A stretch of 64,000 bases of DNA from Candidatus Moraniibacteriota bacterium (GTDB lineage: Bacteria > Patescibacteriota > Minisyncoccia > Moranbacterales > UBA9337). This document shows positions 28,451-38,568 of this stretch, piece after piece. The DNA is taken from assembly GCA_026985555.1 (NCBI GenBank), contig JALSQF010000010.1:161163-225162 (forward strand). The letters are read 5' to 3'. Position numbers and translations under genes: made by a program. The notes under the pieces were generated by a model. That model was not told where the DNA came from and made no database searches. It was given only the letters and a program-made list of their open reading frames with translations. The stretch's first letter is position 1; each line of letters begins with the position of its first letter.

Positions 28451-30097
28451 TTATTTTAATTGCAACTCTTTGGCTGTTTTAATAAAAGCATTAAACAAAG
28501 GATGTCCTTTTAAAGGTGATGAAGTGAATTCAGGATGAAACTGAGTAGCTAAAAAGAAAGGATGTTTTTTTTGTGGTAATTCTGCGATTTCCATTAAATC
28601 TCCTTGAGGAGAACGTCCAGAAAATATTAAACCGGCCTTTTCTAATTCTTTTATATAATTTGGATTAACCTCATAACGATGACGATGTCGTTCTTTAATT
28701 TCTTTCTTTTGATAAGCTTTTCTAGCTAAAGTATTTTTTTCTAAAATAGCTGGATAAACACCTAAACGCATACTTCCTCCATAATTTTTTTTCTTTAACT
28801 TTTCTTTTTGTTCTGGCAAAATATCAATTACTGGATATTTCGTTTGTGGATTAATTTCCGTAGTATGCGCATCTTTGAATCCTAATTGATGCCTAGCATA
28901 TTCTACTACCATTAATTGCATTCCATAACAAAGTCCTAAAAAAGGAATTTTATTTTTTCTAACATATTCAATTACTTTAATTTTTCCTTCAATTCCTCGT
29001 GAACCAAATCCGCCGGGAACAATAATTCCCGCATAGTTTTTTAATTCCTTTAACTTTTTATTATCTTTTTCAAAATCCTCACTATTAATCCATTCAATTT
29101 CTGTCTTTATCCCATTTTTATAACCAGCATGTTTAATAGCTTCAATAACACTAATATAAGAATCAGCTAAAATAAAATCTCCTGTTTCAAAATATTTCCC
29201 TACAATTCCTATTCTTAAACTATTTTTTAAACGATGAATTTTTTTAACCAATTTTTCCCAATCTGTTAAATTCTGATTTTTAATTGATAAATTTAGTTTT
29301 TTTAATATTCTTTTACTTAAATCATCTTTTTCAAAGTTAAGAGGAACTTCATAAATTGATTCTACATCTGGAGCAGAAATAACATCATTTTTGTCCACAT
29401 TGCAAAATAATGCTAACTTTTCTTTTCTAATTTTATCTAAAGGAATTTCACTACGAGCAATAATAATATTAGGATTGATACCACTAGAATTTAATTGACG
29501 AATAGCTTGTTGAGTTGGTTTAGTTTTCATTTCTCCAATTTTATTAGGAAAAGGAACATAACTAATTACTACAAATAAAACATCTTCTGGGTTTTTTAAT
29601 TTCATTTGCCTAGCGGCTTCCATAAAAAGTAAATTTTCATAATCTCCTATAGTTCCTCCTATTTCTGTTATTACTATCTGAGCACCATTACTTTCTCCTG
29701 CCTTACGAATTGTTTTAATTATCTCGTCAGTAACATGAGGAATAACCTGCACACATTTTCCTTTGTATTCTAAATTTCTTTCTCGTTGAATAACTCTTTG
29801 ATAAACGCTTCCCGTCGTCATATAGTTTCCTTTAGGTAAAGTAATTCCCATAAAACGTTCATAGTTTCCCATATCTTGATCTGTTTCCAATCCGCTTTCT
29901 AAAACAAAAACTTCTCCATGTTCAGTGGGATTCATTGTCCCCGCATCAACATTAACATAAGGATCAATTTTAATAGCCGTCACTTCATAACCTCTTGATT
30001 TCAAAATAGTTCCAATAGAAGAAGAAGCTATTCCCTTCCCAATTCCACTCATTACTCCCCCTAAAACAAATATATATTTACTCTTTTTTTTCTTCAT
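28451..30097 (-). CDS. pyrG: CTP synthase
   Basis: GGVMSGIGKG, DPYVNVDAGTM, KTKPTQ, GLCYGMQ, RHRHRYE, QFHPE. Confidence 0.98.
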   Translation of the reverse strand: MKKKKSKYIFVLGGVMSGIGKGIASSSIGTILKSRGYEVTAIKIDPYVNVDAGTMNPTEHGEVFVLESGLETDQDMGNYERFMGITLPKGNYMTTGSVYQRVIQRERNLEYKGKCVQVIPHVTDEIIKTIRKAGESNGAQIVITEIGGTIGDYENLLFMEAARQMKLKNPEDVLFVVISYVPFPNKIGEMKTKPTQQAIRQLNSSGINPNIIIARSEIPLDKIRKEKLALFCNVDKNDVISAPDVESIYEVPLNFEKDDLSKRILKKLNLSIKNQNLTDWEKLVKKIHRLKNSLRIGIVGKYFETGDFILADSYISVIEAIKHAGYKNGIKTEIEWINSEDFEKDNKKLKELKNYAGIIVPGGFGSRGIEGKIKVIEYVRKNKIPFLGLCYGMQLMVVEYARHQLGFKDAHTTEINPQTKYPVIDILPEQKEKLKKKNYGGSMRLGVYPAILEKNTLARKAYQKKEIKERHRHRYEVNPNYIKELEKAGLIFSGRSPQGDLMEIAELPQKKHPFFLATQFHPEFTSSPLKGHPLFNAFIKTAKELQLK

Positions 30098-30199
30098 AAT
30101 ATTTTCACAAAAAAAATCGCACCCCTGACGATTTTATTTTTAAAAAATTGTTAATTATAAAACTAAAGGAATTTAACCATTATCATTAAAATAAAAAAA

Positions 30200-30640
30200 T
30201 TATTTTTTAATGGTTAAGTGAATTTTTGCTTTTAAATTCTTACCTAAATCTATCCAGACATCAAACTCCCCTATTTCTTTTATTGGCTTACTAATTTGAA
30301 TATACTTTTCCTCAATTTCAATTTGTTTTTTTTCTAATAATAATTGTTTGATTTTCTTTTTATCTATGGAACCAAAAAGTTTTTCTTTTTCTGCAGGAAC
30401 TTTAATTTCCAAATTGACTCCTTTCAATTTGTCTATTAATTTCTTTCTCTTTTCTTCTTCTTGAATTTGCCTAGTTTCTTTTTGCTTTTGCTCCTTTTTT
30501 AAATTATCAATTATTTTTAAAGTAGCTACTTGAGCTAATTTTTGAGGCAATAAAAAATTACGTCCATAACCATCGGCCACCTCTTTTATTTCGTTCTTTT
30601 TTCCCAATCCTTTTACATCTTTAATCAAAACTACTTTCAT
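30200..30640 (-). CDS. rplI: 50S ribosomal protein L9
   Basis: [14 protein letters not shown]...[12 protein letters not shown]. Confidence 0.97.
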   Translation of the reverse strand: MKVVLIKDVKGLGKKNEIKEVADGYGRNFLLPQKLAQVATLKIIDNLKKEQKQKETRQIQEEEKRKKLIDKLKGVNLEIKVPAEKEKLFGSIDKKKIKQLLLEKKQIEIEEKYIQISKPIKEIGEFDVWIDLGKNLKAKIHLTIKK

Positions 30641-30793
30641 AAAAAAATATAAATAAGAAATTTAATAATTATATTTATTTTAGTTTATCTAGCTTCTATC
30701 TTTTTGTCAAATTTTATTTTTAAAATAAAATTAAATATTTATTTAAATAATTTAAGAAATAAATTTTTTAAAATTTATTTCTTTATTTAAACA

Positions 30794-32094
30794 TTATTCC
30801 ACACACCATCCCGTCCCACTCATATCCAATCCTAAACTATATCTTAAAATTAACATCACATCAGATGATTGTCCAATAGTTATTGGATAACCGTTTTCAT
30901 TGATTTCTCCGTTTTCATTTATAATTTATAATATAGAGATAAGCTTAGTCTCCCGAGTTAAAAGAGCCTTGATTTGCTGTAAATGTTATTGAGTTGTCTG
31001 ACCAGGATATCGGAACTTGTATTTCATTGTGAGTAAAATTAAGCATGTCAGGATATGTTAAACTAGATTTATTAGAAATGATTATGTGCGCAAGAGTATT
31101 ATCTATATAAACATTATCTAAATATTCGTGAGAAGGCGAGTCTATTGCTCCTGAAACATGCCCAAAAACAAGCACTCTTATTCCATCTGTCGTTTCTCCA
31201 AAATCACTATCGCTAAAATTAGATGCTCTAAACATCTCTTTTCCATTAAACCAATAATATGCCTTTGCATCCAGAGAGTCGCCGCTAGAAGAGAAGATTA
31301 AATATAATTCATGATGATCCCATTGTTGCAGATGAGGTATAAAATCATGGTTAGAAGATATGCTTGCATAATAGTAAGAGTCTTTGTATGCATCACCTCC
31401 TGCATAATCCAGTGACCATGAATCAGGGTTATAAGAAAGGGCTCTGCAGTTGTCAGAAGCACTAAAATGTACCGAATCAACTATCCCATCTCCTTCACCT
31501 TGATCTACTACAGACAAAACAGGCGAACCAACAGGATTTCCTGTTCCCCAGTAATATCTAAAAAACTTATTATTATTTCCAGAACCATCTAAGATATGCC
31601 ACTCTGTATCATCCCTATAATGCCACCATGAGATATATAATCTTGAAGTATTAGGAGGTGTAAAATAAACTAAACCGTAATATGGTGGATACGAATTTAA
31701 GCAATCCACTTTTTTAGAAGTGCTATGGCCATTTCTCCTAAGAGAAGGAGAATCAGAAATTGGAATTGGGCTAGTCCCATCACCAGTGCTTGTCCAGTTT
31801 CCACTCGGGTTTTGGCCCACAGGCATATTGGAAAAACTGTTAATCCCGTCGTCATAACTTGAAATAAGAGGTCTCGGGTTTTCTTTCACACCAAAACCAC
31901 TTCCATAAATAGTTATATTGTTTCCGTCAATAAAAATATTATCAATGTTAGAAATGATTGGTTCTGCTAAAACTGTATCTGAAAAAACTGAAATAATCAT
32001 TAATGATAAATGATATTAAAATAATAAAATTGTATCTTAATTTATGTATACTGGATATTATTTTTTCTTTTTTCACTAATTTAGTTTTTCTCAT
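30794..32094 (-). pseudogene. Decayed secreted beta-rich protein with a C-terminal dockerin-like tail (intact core 30945-32000)
   Basis: Past TAA (30945-47) and a 7-bp duplication the frame reads ...NENGYPITIGQSSDVMLILRYSLGLDMSGTGWCVE*; the 5' leader is also broken. Confidence 0.65.
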
Positions 32095-32121
32095 TTTATT
32101 TTTCAATATATACAATTAAAA

Positions 32122-33291
32122 CTACCAAACTCTAATCACCACATATTTAATAGTTTTGTTACCAGCTTTATCATAAGATTTTATTTTCATTTTATATAAT
32201 CCTGGATTTATATTTAACGGAATAACAAATTCTTGCCTTCTAACTTCAGCTTTTTTAGGAGATTTAACTTTATATTTATATTTTTTACCATTGAAATATA
32301 AATAAGTTTTTTTTAGTTTGTAATTATCTTGAACTGTCCAGTAAACTATATCTCCTCTTCTTTTACTTAAAAATGTGGGAATTCGTATAACAGGATCTTG
32401 AGTATCTATTCTGATTTTATATTTCTTTGACTTAATCTCTCTTCCATAGTAATCATAAAATTTCAATTTGTATTTTTTAAATGATCCTTTTTTAGCTTTA
32501 AATTTAATTTTCCATTTGCCTTTGTATTTAGATCTAACTTTTACTTCTTTCTTTTTTTTACCATTAACATACAATTCTACCCTGCCTCCAATTAAATTTT
32601 TATCTTTTCCTTGAAAAGAAATATTCCTTTTTTTAATATAGTTAGTTTTTTTCCGCTCTAATTTTATCTTTTGTCTTGATTGTTTGAAAACAATTTTTCC
32701 TACATTTTTAAAAATTTTACTAAAAATACTAATATGTGAATTATCATTAGCAGTTATTATTATATTTGCTCCACTAGTTGATCCTAATGATAAAGCATTA
32801 CCTAATTCATCTGAAAGCTCGTTTATTCTTAAAGAAACTGACGTAGATCCTGAACTAGCATTATCTTTTACTTTAAGATGTAAAGTAACTAAATGTTTAT
32901 CACCACCATGAAGATAATTGCTCGCTGCCATTCCAGCAAATCTAAAATGTCCATTACTAACATCTCCGGCGTTTAACATCATTGTATAATTTTGAGCATC
33001 TAATCCTTTACTTAATCCTTTTTTATTATCAGTTTCTACATTTCCTTGCGTTAAATTAACCTCAATTTTATTAGGATCAAAATCAAAAAACATATTAAAA
33101 GCACCCAAATTTTTAGAACCAGTATCAATATGCACTTCTAGATTAAAGTCATCTCCTCCATCTAAGCTAATCTCGTTTGGAGATAACCAAACATCTCCTT
33201 CTGCTGATAATACTTCATTATTTTTCCAAAAAGAAAAACCTAAAAGCAAAATCAACAATACAATAACTAATTTTAATATTTTTCCTTTCAT
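32122..33291 (-). CDS. Secreted cohesin-domain protein with Lys-rich Ig-like C-terminal domains
   Basis: Signal peptide; GDDFNLEVHIDTGSKNLGAFNMFFDFDPNKIEV...LVTLHLKV beta-sandwich pattern. Confidence 0.7.
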   Translation of the reverse strand: MKGKILKLVIVLLILLLGFSFWKNNEVLSAEGDVWLSPNEISLDGGDDFNLEVHIDTGSKNLGAFNMFFDFDPNKIEVNLTQGNVETDNKKGLSKGLDAQNYTMMLNAGDVSNGHFRFAGMAASNYLHGGDKHLVTLHLKVKDNASSGSTSVSLRINELSDELGNALSLGSTSGANIIITANDNSHISIFSKIFKNVGKIVFKQSRQKIKLERKKTNYIKKRNISFQGKDKNLIGGRVELYVNGKKKKEVKVRSKYKGKWKIKFKAKKGSFKKYKLKFYDYYGREIKSKKYKIRIDTQDPVIRIPTFLSKRRGDIVYWTVQDNYKLKKTYLYFNGKKYKYKVKSPKKAEVRRQEFVIPLNINPGLYKMKIKSYDKAGNKTIKYVVIRVW

Positions 33292-33401
33292 ATTTTTTGT
33301 TTTTAAAAAATACCAATTACTAATATTTATTATACAATAATAATAATAATATAACAGATCAAACTATTTAAAAAATTTATTTTTTTAAATAGTTTTTTTA
33401 A

Positions 33402-33430
33402 AAAGCCCTTTGATATTATCTCTGGGCTTT
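33402..33430 (-). terminator. Hairpin terminator
   Basis: aaagccc...gggcttt with a U-tract on the minus strand. Confidence 0.55.
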
Positions 33431-33459
33431 AAAACGTGGAAAATTGTGAATTTTAAATA

Positions 33460-34044
33460 TTAAACACTGCAACAAAAATAAAAATGAGCAATTATTTTTT
33501 CTACTAATTCCATAGATTGTGGTCCTACCATTTTCACGCTAGCTGAATTAAAAAAAATTTCCTCATATTCTTCTAAAAGTTTTTTTTGTTCTACTTGGGT
33601 ATCGGTAAAAAAAATATTTCTTTTAATCTTTTTTCCATCAAAATCAATCCGACACCATTTCTTTCTCCTAGACACCATTCTTCCCAAAATCTTTATTTTT
33701 ATTTTTAATCTTAAACTTTCTTCCAAACAAACAGAAATATAAATTTTTTTAAACGAAGGCATTCTTCCTTGCCGATAATCTAACATTAAAATATAAGCCA
33801 AATTGTGAATAGAAATGGGCAATTTAGCATCTAGAAATTCTATTTTCAAGGCATCTAAAATATTTACCATTTTTCCACAACTATTGGAAAAAACTTGATT
33901 ATTTGCAATATCATAGTTAGGTTTAGATAAAGAAAAATTACTTAAACCTAAGTATTTCACCTGTACCCATTCTTTGTCCAAACGCCTTCTTCCTAAAAAA
34001 ACTGCCTTGGATGGAATAAAAAAAACTTGACTAAATTCATTCAT
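33460..34044 (-). CDS. Orphan hypothetical protein with strong SD
   Basis: GTTCTTT...AAAGGAGG-N7-ATG. Confidence 0.7.
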   Translation of the reverse strand: MNEFSQVFFIPSKAVFLGRRRLDKEWVQVKYLGLSNFSLSKPNYDIANNQVFSNSCGKMVNILDALKIEFLDAKLPISIHNLAYILMLDYRQGRMPSFKKIYISVCLEESLRLKIKIKILGRMVSRRKKWCRIDFDGKKIKRNIFFTDTQVEQKKLLEEYEEIFFNSASVKMVGPQSMELVEKIIAHFYFCCSV

Positions 34045-34123
34045 GTTATTTCCTCCTTTTTATTTTTTGAATAAATTATTTAAATTTAAAAAGAACAATA
34101 ATTTTATTCTAACTGTTCAATAT

Positions 34124-35920
34124 TTATTTTGTTAAAATTTCCAAAAAAGCTTTAGATGGAATGGATACTTTACCTATATTTTTCATTTTCTTCTTTCCTT
34201 TTTTCTGTTTTTCTAATAATTTTCTTTTTCTAGTAACATCTCCTCCATATAATTTAGCAGTAACATCTTTACGAAAAGCACTTAAAGTTGATCGCGCTAT
34301 TATTTTTCCACCAATAGCCGCTTGAATAGCCACAGCAAAGTTTTGGCGTGGTAAAATTTTTTTTAGTTTTTCTACAATAAATTTACCCTCTTTTTGTGCT
34401 TTATCTCTAGGAACCACTCTGGAAAAAGCCTCCACTCTTTCACCTGCTACTAAAATATCCAATTTTACCAAATCACTAACCCTATAATTTGCTAATTCAT
34501 AATTCATAGAAGCATATCCTGAAGAAACACTTTTAAGCTGATCATAAAAATCAACAATTATATCCATTAAAGGAGCTTCAAAAGTTAACTGCACTCTTTC
34601 CGCATCAATATATTCTGTGGTTTTATACTCTGCCCTAGTATTACCCATCAATTCCATTACACTTCCCAAATAATTGGAAGGTGTAATGATCTCTAATTTT
34701 ACATAAGGTTCTTCAATGCTTTCAATTTGAGATGGATCAGGTAGTTCTGTTGGAGAATAAATATTTATAATTTTGTCAGAATTTTTTTTGTGAAGCTTAT
34801 AAACAACACTTGGTGTAGTGATGATTGGCATAATATTAAATTCTCTGTCTAAACGAGCCTGAATAATTTCTAAATGTAATAATCCTAAAAAACCACAACG
34901 AAAACCTCTTCCTAACGCTTGATTACTTTCTGGTTCAAAAGTAAAGGCTCCGTCATTTAAAGTCAATTTATCTAAGGCATCTCGCATTAAATTATAGTCC
35001 CCTCCATCTGCCGGATAAAAACTAGCATAAACCATTGGTTGAACTTCTGTATATCCTGGCAATGGCTTAACTAAATCAATATTTTGTTGATTGGCAATGG
35101 TAACTGTATCACCTACTTTACAATCCTTAACACTTTTAAAACCAGTGGCAATATAACCAATATCTCCCGCTGATAATTTATCACAAGAAACATATTGAGG
35201 CGCAAAATAACCTAATTCTACCACATTACTTTCTCCTTTTGTCATTAACATATATAAATCATCTGTTTTACTAATCTCACCATCAACAATTCTCACATAA
35301 GCTAATACTCCTTTATAAGAATCATAGACACTGTCAAAAATTAAAGCCCGTAACTGCTTATTTATATCGCCTTGAGGCATTGGAACTTTTTTTACAATTT
35401 CTTTTAAAAGACTGTGTACACCTTCTCCAGTTTTACCACTCACTTCTAAAATATCATTTTTATCACAACCTAAAATATGCACAATTTCTTTCTTCACTTT
35501 TTCTACATTAGCATTAGGTAAATCAATTTTATTTACTACAGGAATAATTTCTAATCCTTGTTCAATAGCTAAGTATAAATTAGAAATAGTTTGCGCTTGC
35601 ACTCCTTGGGTAGCATCCACTAATAAAATTGCTCCTTCCACTGCTGCTAAAGAACGCGAGACTTCGTAAGCAAAATCAACGTGTCCAGGAGTATCAATTA
35701 AATTTAGAATGTATTCTTGATTATTCAAAGAATATTTCATTTGTACTGGCTGTAATTTGATAGTAATTCCCCTTTCCCTTTCTAAATCCATAGTATCTAA
35801 CAGTTGCTCTTTCATTTCTCGTTTAGTTACCGTCCCTGTCAATTCTAAAAGACGATCCGATAAAGTGGATTTCCCGTGATCAATATGGGCAATAATACAA
35901 AAGTTTCTGATATTTTTCAT
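34124..35920 (-). CDS. lepA: Elongation factor 4
   Basis: IRNFCIIAHIDHGKSTL, GFRCGFLGLLH, YGGDVTRKRKLLEKQK. Confidence 0.98.
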   Translation of the reverse strand: MKNIRNFCIIAHIDHGKSTLSDRLLELTGTVTKREMKEQLLDTMDLERERGITIKLQPVQMKYSLNNQEYILNLIDTPGHVDFAYEVSRSLAAVEGAILLVDATQGVQAQTISNLYLAIEQGLEIIPVVNKIDLPNANVEKVKKEIVHILGCDKNDILEVSGKTGEGVHSLLKEIVKKVPMPQGDINKQLRALIFDSVYDSYKGVLAYVRIVDGEISKTDDLYMLMTKGESNVVELGYFAPQYVSCDKLSAGDIGYIATGFKSVKDCKVGDTVTIANQQNIDLVKPLPGYTEVQPMVYASFYPADGGDYNLMRDALDKLTLNDGAFTFEPESNQALGRGFRCGFLGLLHLEIIQARLDREFNIMPIITTPSVVYKLHKKNSDKIINIYSPTELPDPSQIESIEEPYVKLEIITPSNYLGSVMELMGNTRAEYKTTEYIDAERVQLTFEAPLMDIIVDFYDQLKSVSSGYASMNYELANYRVSDLVKLDILVAGERVEAFSRVVPRDKAQKEGKFIVEKLKKILPRQNFAVAIQAAIGGKIIARSTLSAFRKDVTAKLYGGDVTRKRKLLEKQKKGKKKMKNIGKVSIPSKAFLEILTK

Positions 35921-36026
35921 AAATATTTACTATATCATTAATCAAGTTTATTTCCTTATCTCTTTTTTATTTTTTACTTAAACTACTTAAATTATCTAAT
36001 TAAAATATTCTAAAATATTACAAAAA

Positions 36027-36845
36027 TTATAATGGACTCTTAATATTCTTTAACTTTGGATTGGTTATTTGTGTATAAACTTGAGTAGTTCTTATGTTAG
36101 CATGACCAAGTAATTTTTGCACATACCTTACATCTGTTCCGTTTTCTAATAAATGAGTAGCAAATGAATGTCTGAGAGAATGAAAAGTAGCCGGTTTTTT
36201 TATTTTAGCTTTCTGTAATGCTTTTTTAAAAACTACCTGAAAAGAACGAGTTGTTAATTTTCCACCGCGACCAGAGCTAAAGATAAAGTCATCGTTTTTC
36301 CTTCCGGCTAATAAATTCTGAAAATTTGTTTTTAATTTTTCTGGAAAAACTGTAATCCTATCTTTTTTACCTTTAGCATTTTTAATATGAATAGTCAATT
36401 CCTCTAAATCAATGTCTTTGATTTTTAAATTCTGAATTTCACTAATTCTTAATCCTCCTGCGTAGGCCAAAGCTATTGCTAACTTATATTTTTGATTGGT
36501 AATGTTTTCTAAAATATGGTTGATTTCTTTTCTACTTAAAACCACCGGCAATTTTTTACTTCTTTTGGCGAATTTTAGGTTAACCCCAGTATTGTCTTTT
36601 AAAACTTTTTCATATAAAAATTTTACGGCATTAAGAGCTAAATTAGTAGTTTGTGGTGATTTTTTATTAGGGAATTTTTCTAATAAAAATTTTTCCACCG
36701 CTTCTTGCTTATTTTTAAAGTTTTTATTTTTTATAAAATTTAAATATTGTCTAATATAAAATAAGTAAGATTTTCTTGTTTTTGGAGAATAATTTCGTAA
36801 TTTTAATAAATTTTCTGCTTGTAAAATAATATTTTTCATATACAA
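36027..36845 (-). CDS. Tyrosine recombinase, integron-integrase-like but lacking the IntI insertion
   Basis: LPVVLS, GLRISE, KGKKDR, HSLRHSFATHLLE, LLGH, TTQVYT. Confidence 0.92.
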   Translation of the reverse strand: MYMKNIILQAENLLKLRNYSPKTRKSYLFYIRQYLNFIKNKNFKNKQEAVEKFLLEKFPNKKSPQTTNLALNAVKFLYEKVLKDNTGVNLKFAKRSKKLPVVLSRKEINHILENITNQKYKLAIALAYAGGLRISEIQNLKIKDIDLEELTIHIKNAKGKKDRITVFPEKLKTNFQNLLAGRKNDDFIFSSGRGGKLTTRSFQVVFKKALQKAKIKKPATFHSLRHSFATHLLENGTDVRYVQKLLGHANIRTTQVYTQITNPKLKNIKSPL

Positions 36846-36951
36846 TAAAATTAGACAAAAAAAGAATAATTTTAAACTTAAATTTGTTTGTTTTTATCTT
36901 ATCAATTATTCGCATTTTGTCAAATTTCCGTATTTATCACGAAATTTACTT

Positions 36952-37504
36952 CGCATAATAACCAGTTAGGCTACATTTTCTTTCAAATTATTTTTTGCTC
37001 ATAAGAAAAAAGGCGTCAGCTGTAAAGCCAACGCTCTGCTTTTGAATTTGAACCGGACCTCTTCTACTGTATAGTGTGTACCACCATCTGTATTACCTGT
37101 TTTACTCCAATATAAGCAAAGAGAAGCTCAACAATCCACATTAACGTGATTATTATAGCTATCAGGCCAACTATCACCCCATCTTTACTTGCCATAATCC
37201 TTTTAACGAAAAAAACTGTTATCCCTTTCATAAGACCTCCTTCAAAGTTTTGTAAAAGATCAGCTCCTCACAATAGCGAGAAACTAATCTTTTAGTTAAA
37301 AGACAATTTCTCAACTATTGATACCATAATATAGCATTTAACGGCATTTATATCAAGCCCACGACCGCGAAAAATAATTTAAAAGAAAACGTTGCGGGAA
37401 CGCTGCACTTTCGCTCCGCTGCATTACACTCACCCTCGCCTAATACCAAGTATGCGGAAAAGACTCGGATCGCCTTTTTCCAAATTCGCTTTTTTTCGTT
37501 AATT
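36952..37504. mobile_element. Putative att sites and an IR-bounded mini-cassette
   Basis: CGCATA-N7-GTTAGGC (36952-71) mirrored by GCCTAAT-N6-TATGCG (37438-56); 29-bp IR 36970-98 / 37367-95 with 25/29 match. Confidence 0.6.
37064..37231 (-). CDS. 55-aa membrane peptide inside the cassette
   Basis: TTGATA-N17-TATATT (37356-37328), GATCTTT, AAGGAGG; MKGITVFFVKRIMASKDGVIVGLIAIIITLMWIVELLFAYIGVKQVIQMVVHTIQ. Confidence 0.65.
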   Translation of the reverse strand: MKGITVFFVKRIMASKDGVIVGLIAIIITLMWIVELLFAYIGVKQVIQMVVHTIQ

Positions 37505-37587
37505 GGCAAATAAAATAAAAGTAAGTTAAAATATAATTAGTTAATTGAATACATTATTATAATTATAATTAATTTAATAACAAAATT

Positions 37588-37856
37588 ATGAACATTGAAG
37601 AAAAAATAAATAGTGTTTCAGAATTAGAAAAAAGGATGATATTATGTTAATTTATAAAAAACTTGATTATGATCCAGAAATTAATCAGTTACTAGGTAAA
37701 AACATTGATGAAGAAAAAGGACCTCAGGGTGAACCTATTTGGCCTAGTAATATGGTTATTGAAGAAAATGGTATTCTTAAAATTAATGGCAATAAATTTG
37801 ATATAGCCTTAAAAGAAGCTAAAAATATTGCGCAAGAAGATAATGATCAAGAGTGA
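37588..37856 (+). pseudogene. Small hypothetical gene, probably frameshifted
   Basis: MNIEEKINSVSELEK... near 37588 joins ORF 37644-37856 out of frame around an A-run. Confidence 0.4.
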
Positions 37857-38045
37857 GTTTTAAAAATTGAAAAAATAGCAATCAAAAAACAAGAATTAAT
37901 ATCATTGATAGAAAAAAAGCTTAAGCAATTAGGATATAATACTGAAATAATTTAATAAATTACCAAAATATTTACTATAAAAACTATAAGAATTTTAATT
38001 TATAAAAAAGTTTTATTTTATATATTATATAATTTTAAAAACTTA

Positions 38046-38558
38046 ATGTTTGTGATAAATTTTGAAAAGTTTGCAGAACTATTATTCAGAGAAATTAAAC
38101 TAAAATTAGAGAATAATCAAGGTTTGTCTATTTTCGCAAAAGAAAGAGCCAAATTTGAAGGTTGGTTAAAAGTAGAATTATGCAATATTTTATCCTCACC
38201 CAAATATTTTAATTATTTTAATGATATAATTCCTGAAAAAGATAGAATTGATATTACTTTTAAAAATTGGGCCATTGAACTCAAAACAATTAATACAAAT
38301 ATTCGTTATGAAAATGTAAAAAATAAAACCCGACCCACAACAAAAAATGTGCAAGGAGTTATAAAGGATATTAAAAAATTGAAGTCAAGAAATTATAAAA
38401 ACAAAGCCGTTTTATTTATTGCTTTTCCAATAAACCACGACAATAAACATTGGCAAATTCAGTTTAAAAAAATCGCTGAAGAATTGAATAAAATTAAACA
38501 TTCTGAATTTTATTTTAAAAAGAAAATCCCAGGAGTTATTTATTGTGGATTAATCTAG
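38046..38558 (+). CDS. PD-(D/E)XK-like nuclease-fold protein
   Basis: FEGWLKVEL...RIDITF...AIELKT...DIKKL. Confidence 0.6.
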   Translation: MFVINFEKFAELLFREIKLKLENNQGLSIFAKERAKFEGWLKVELCNILSSPKYFNYFNDIIPEKDRIDITFKNWAIELKTINTNIRYENVKNKTRPTTKNVQGVIKDIKKLKSRNYKNKAVLFIAFPINHDNKHWQIQFKKIAEELNKIKHSEFYFKKKIPGVIYCGLI

Positions 38559-38568
38559 TTGTATGTTT

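Noticed and set aside
30108..30135. Hairpin with a U-tract before pyrG as a CTP-sensing attenuator
   Set aside because: No convincing promoter with a GGGC start was seen; a plain rplI terminator explains it.
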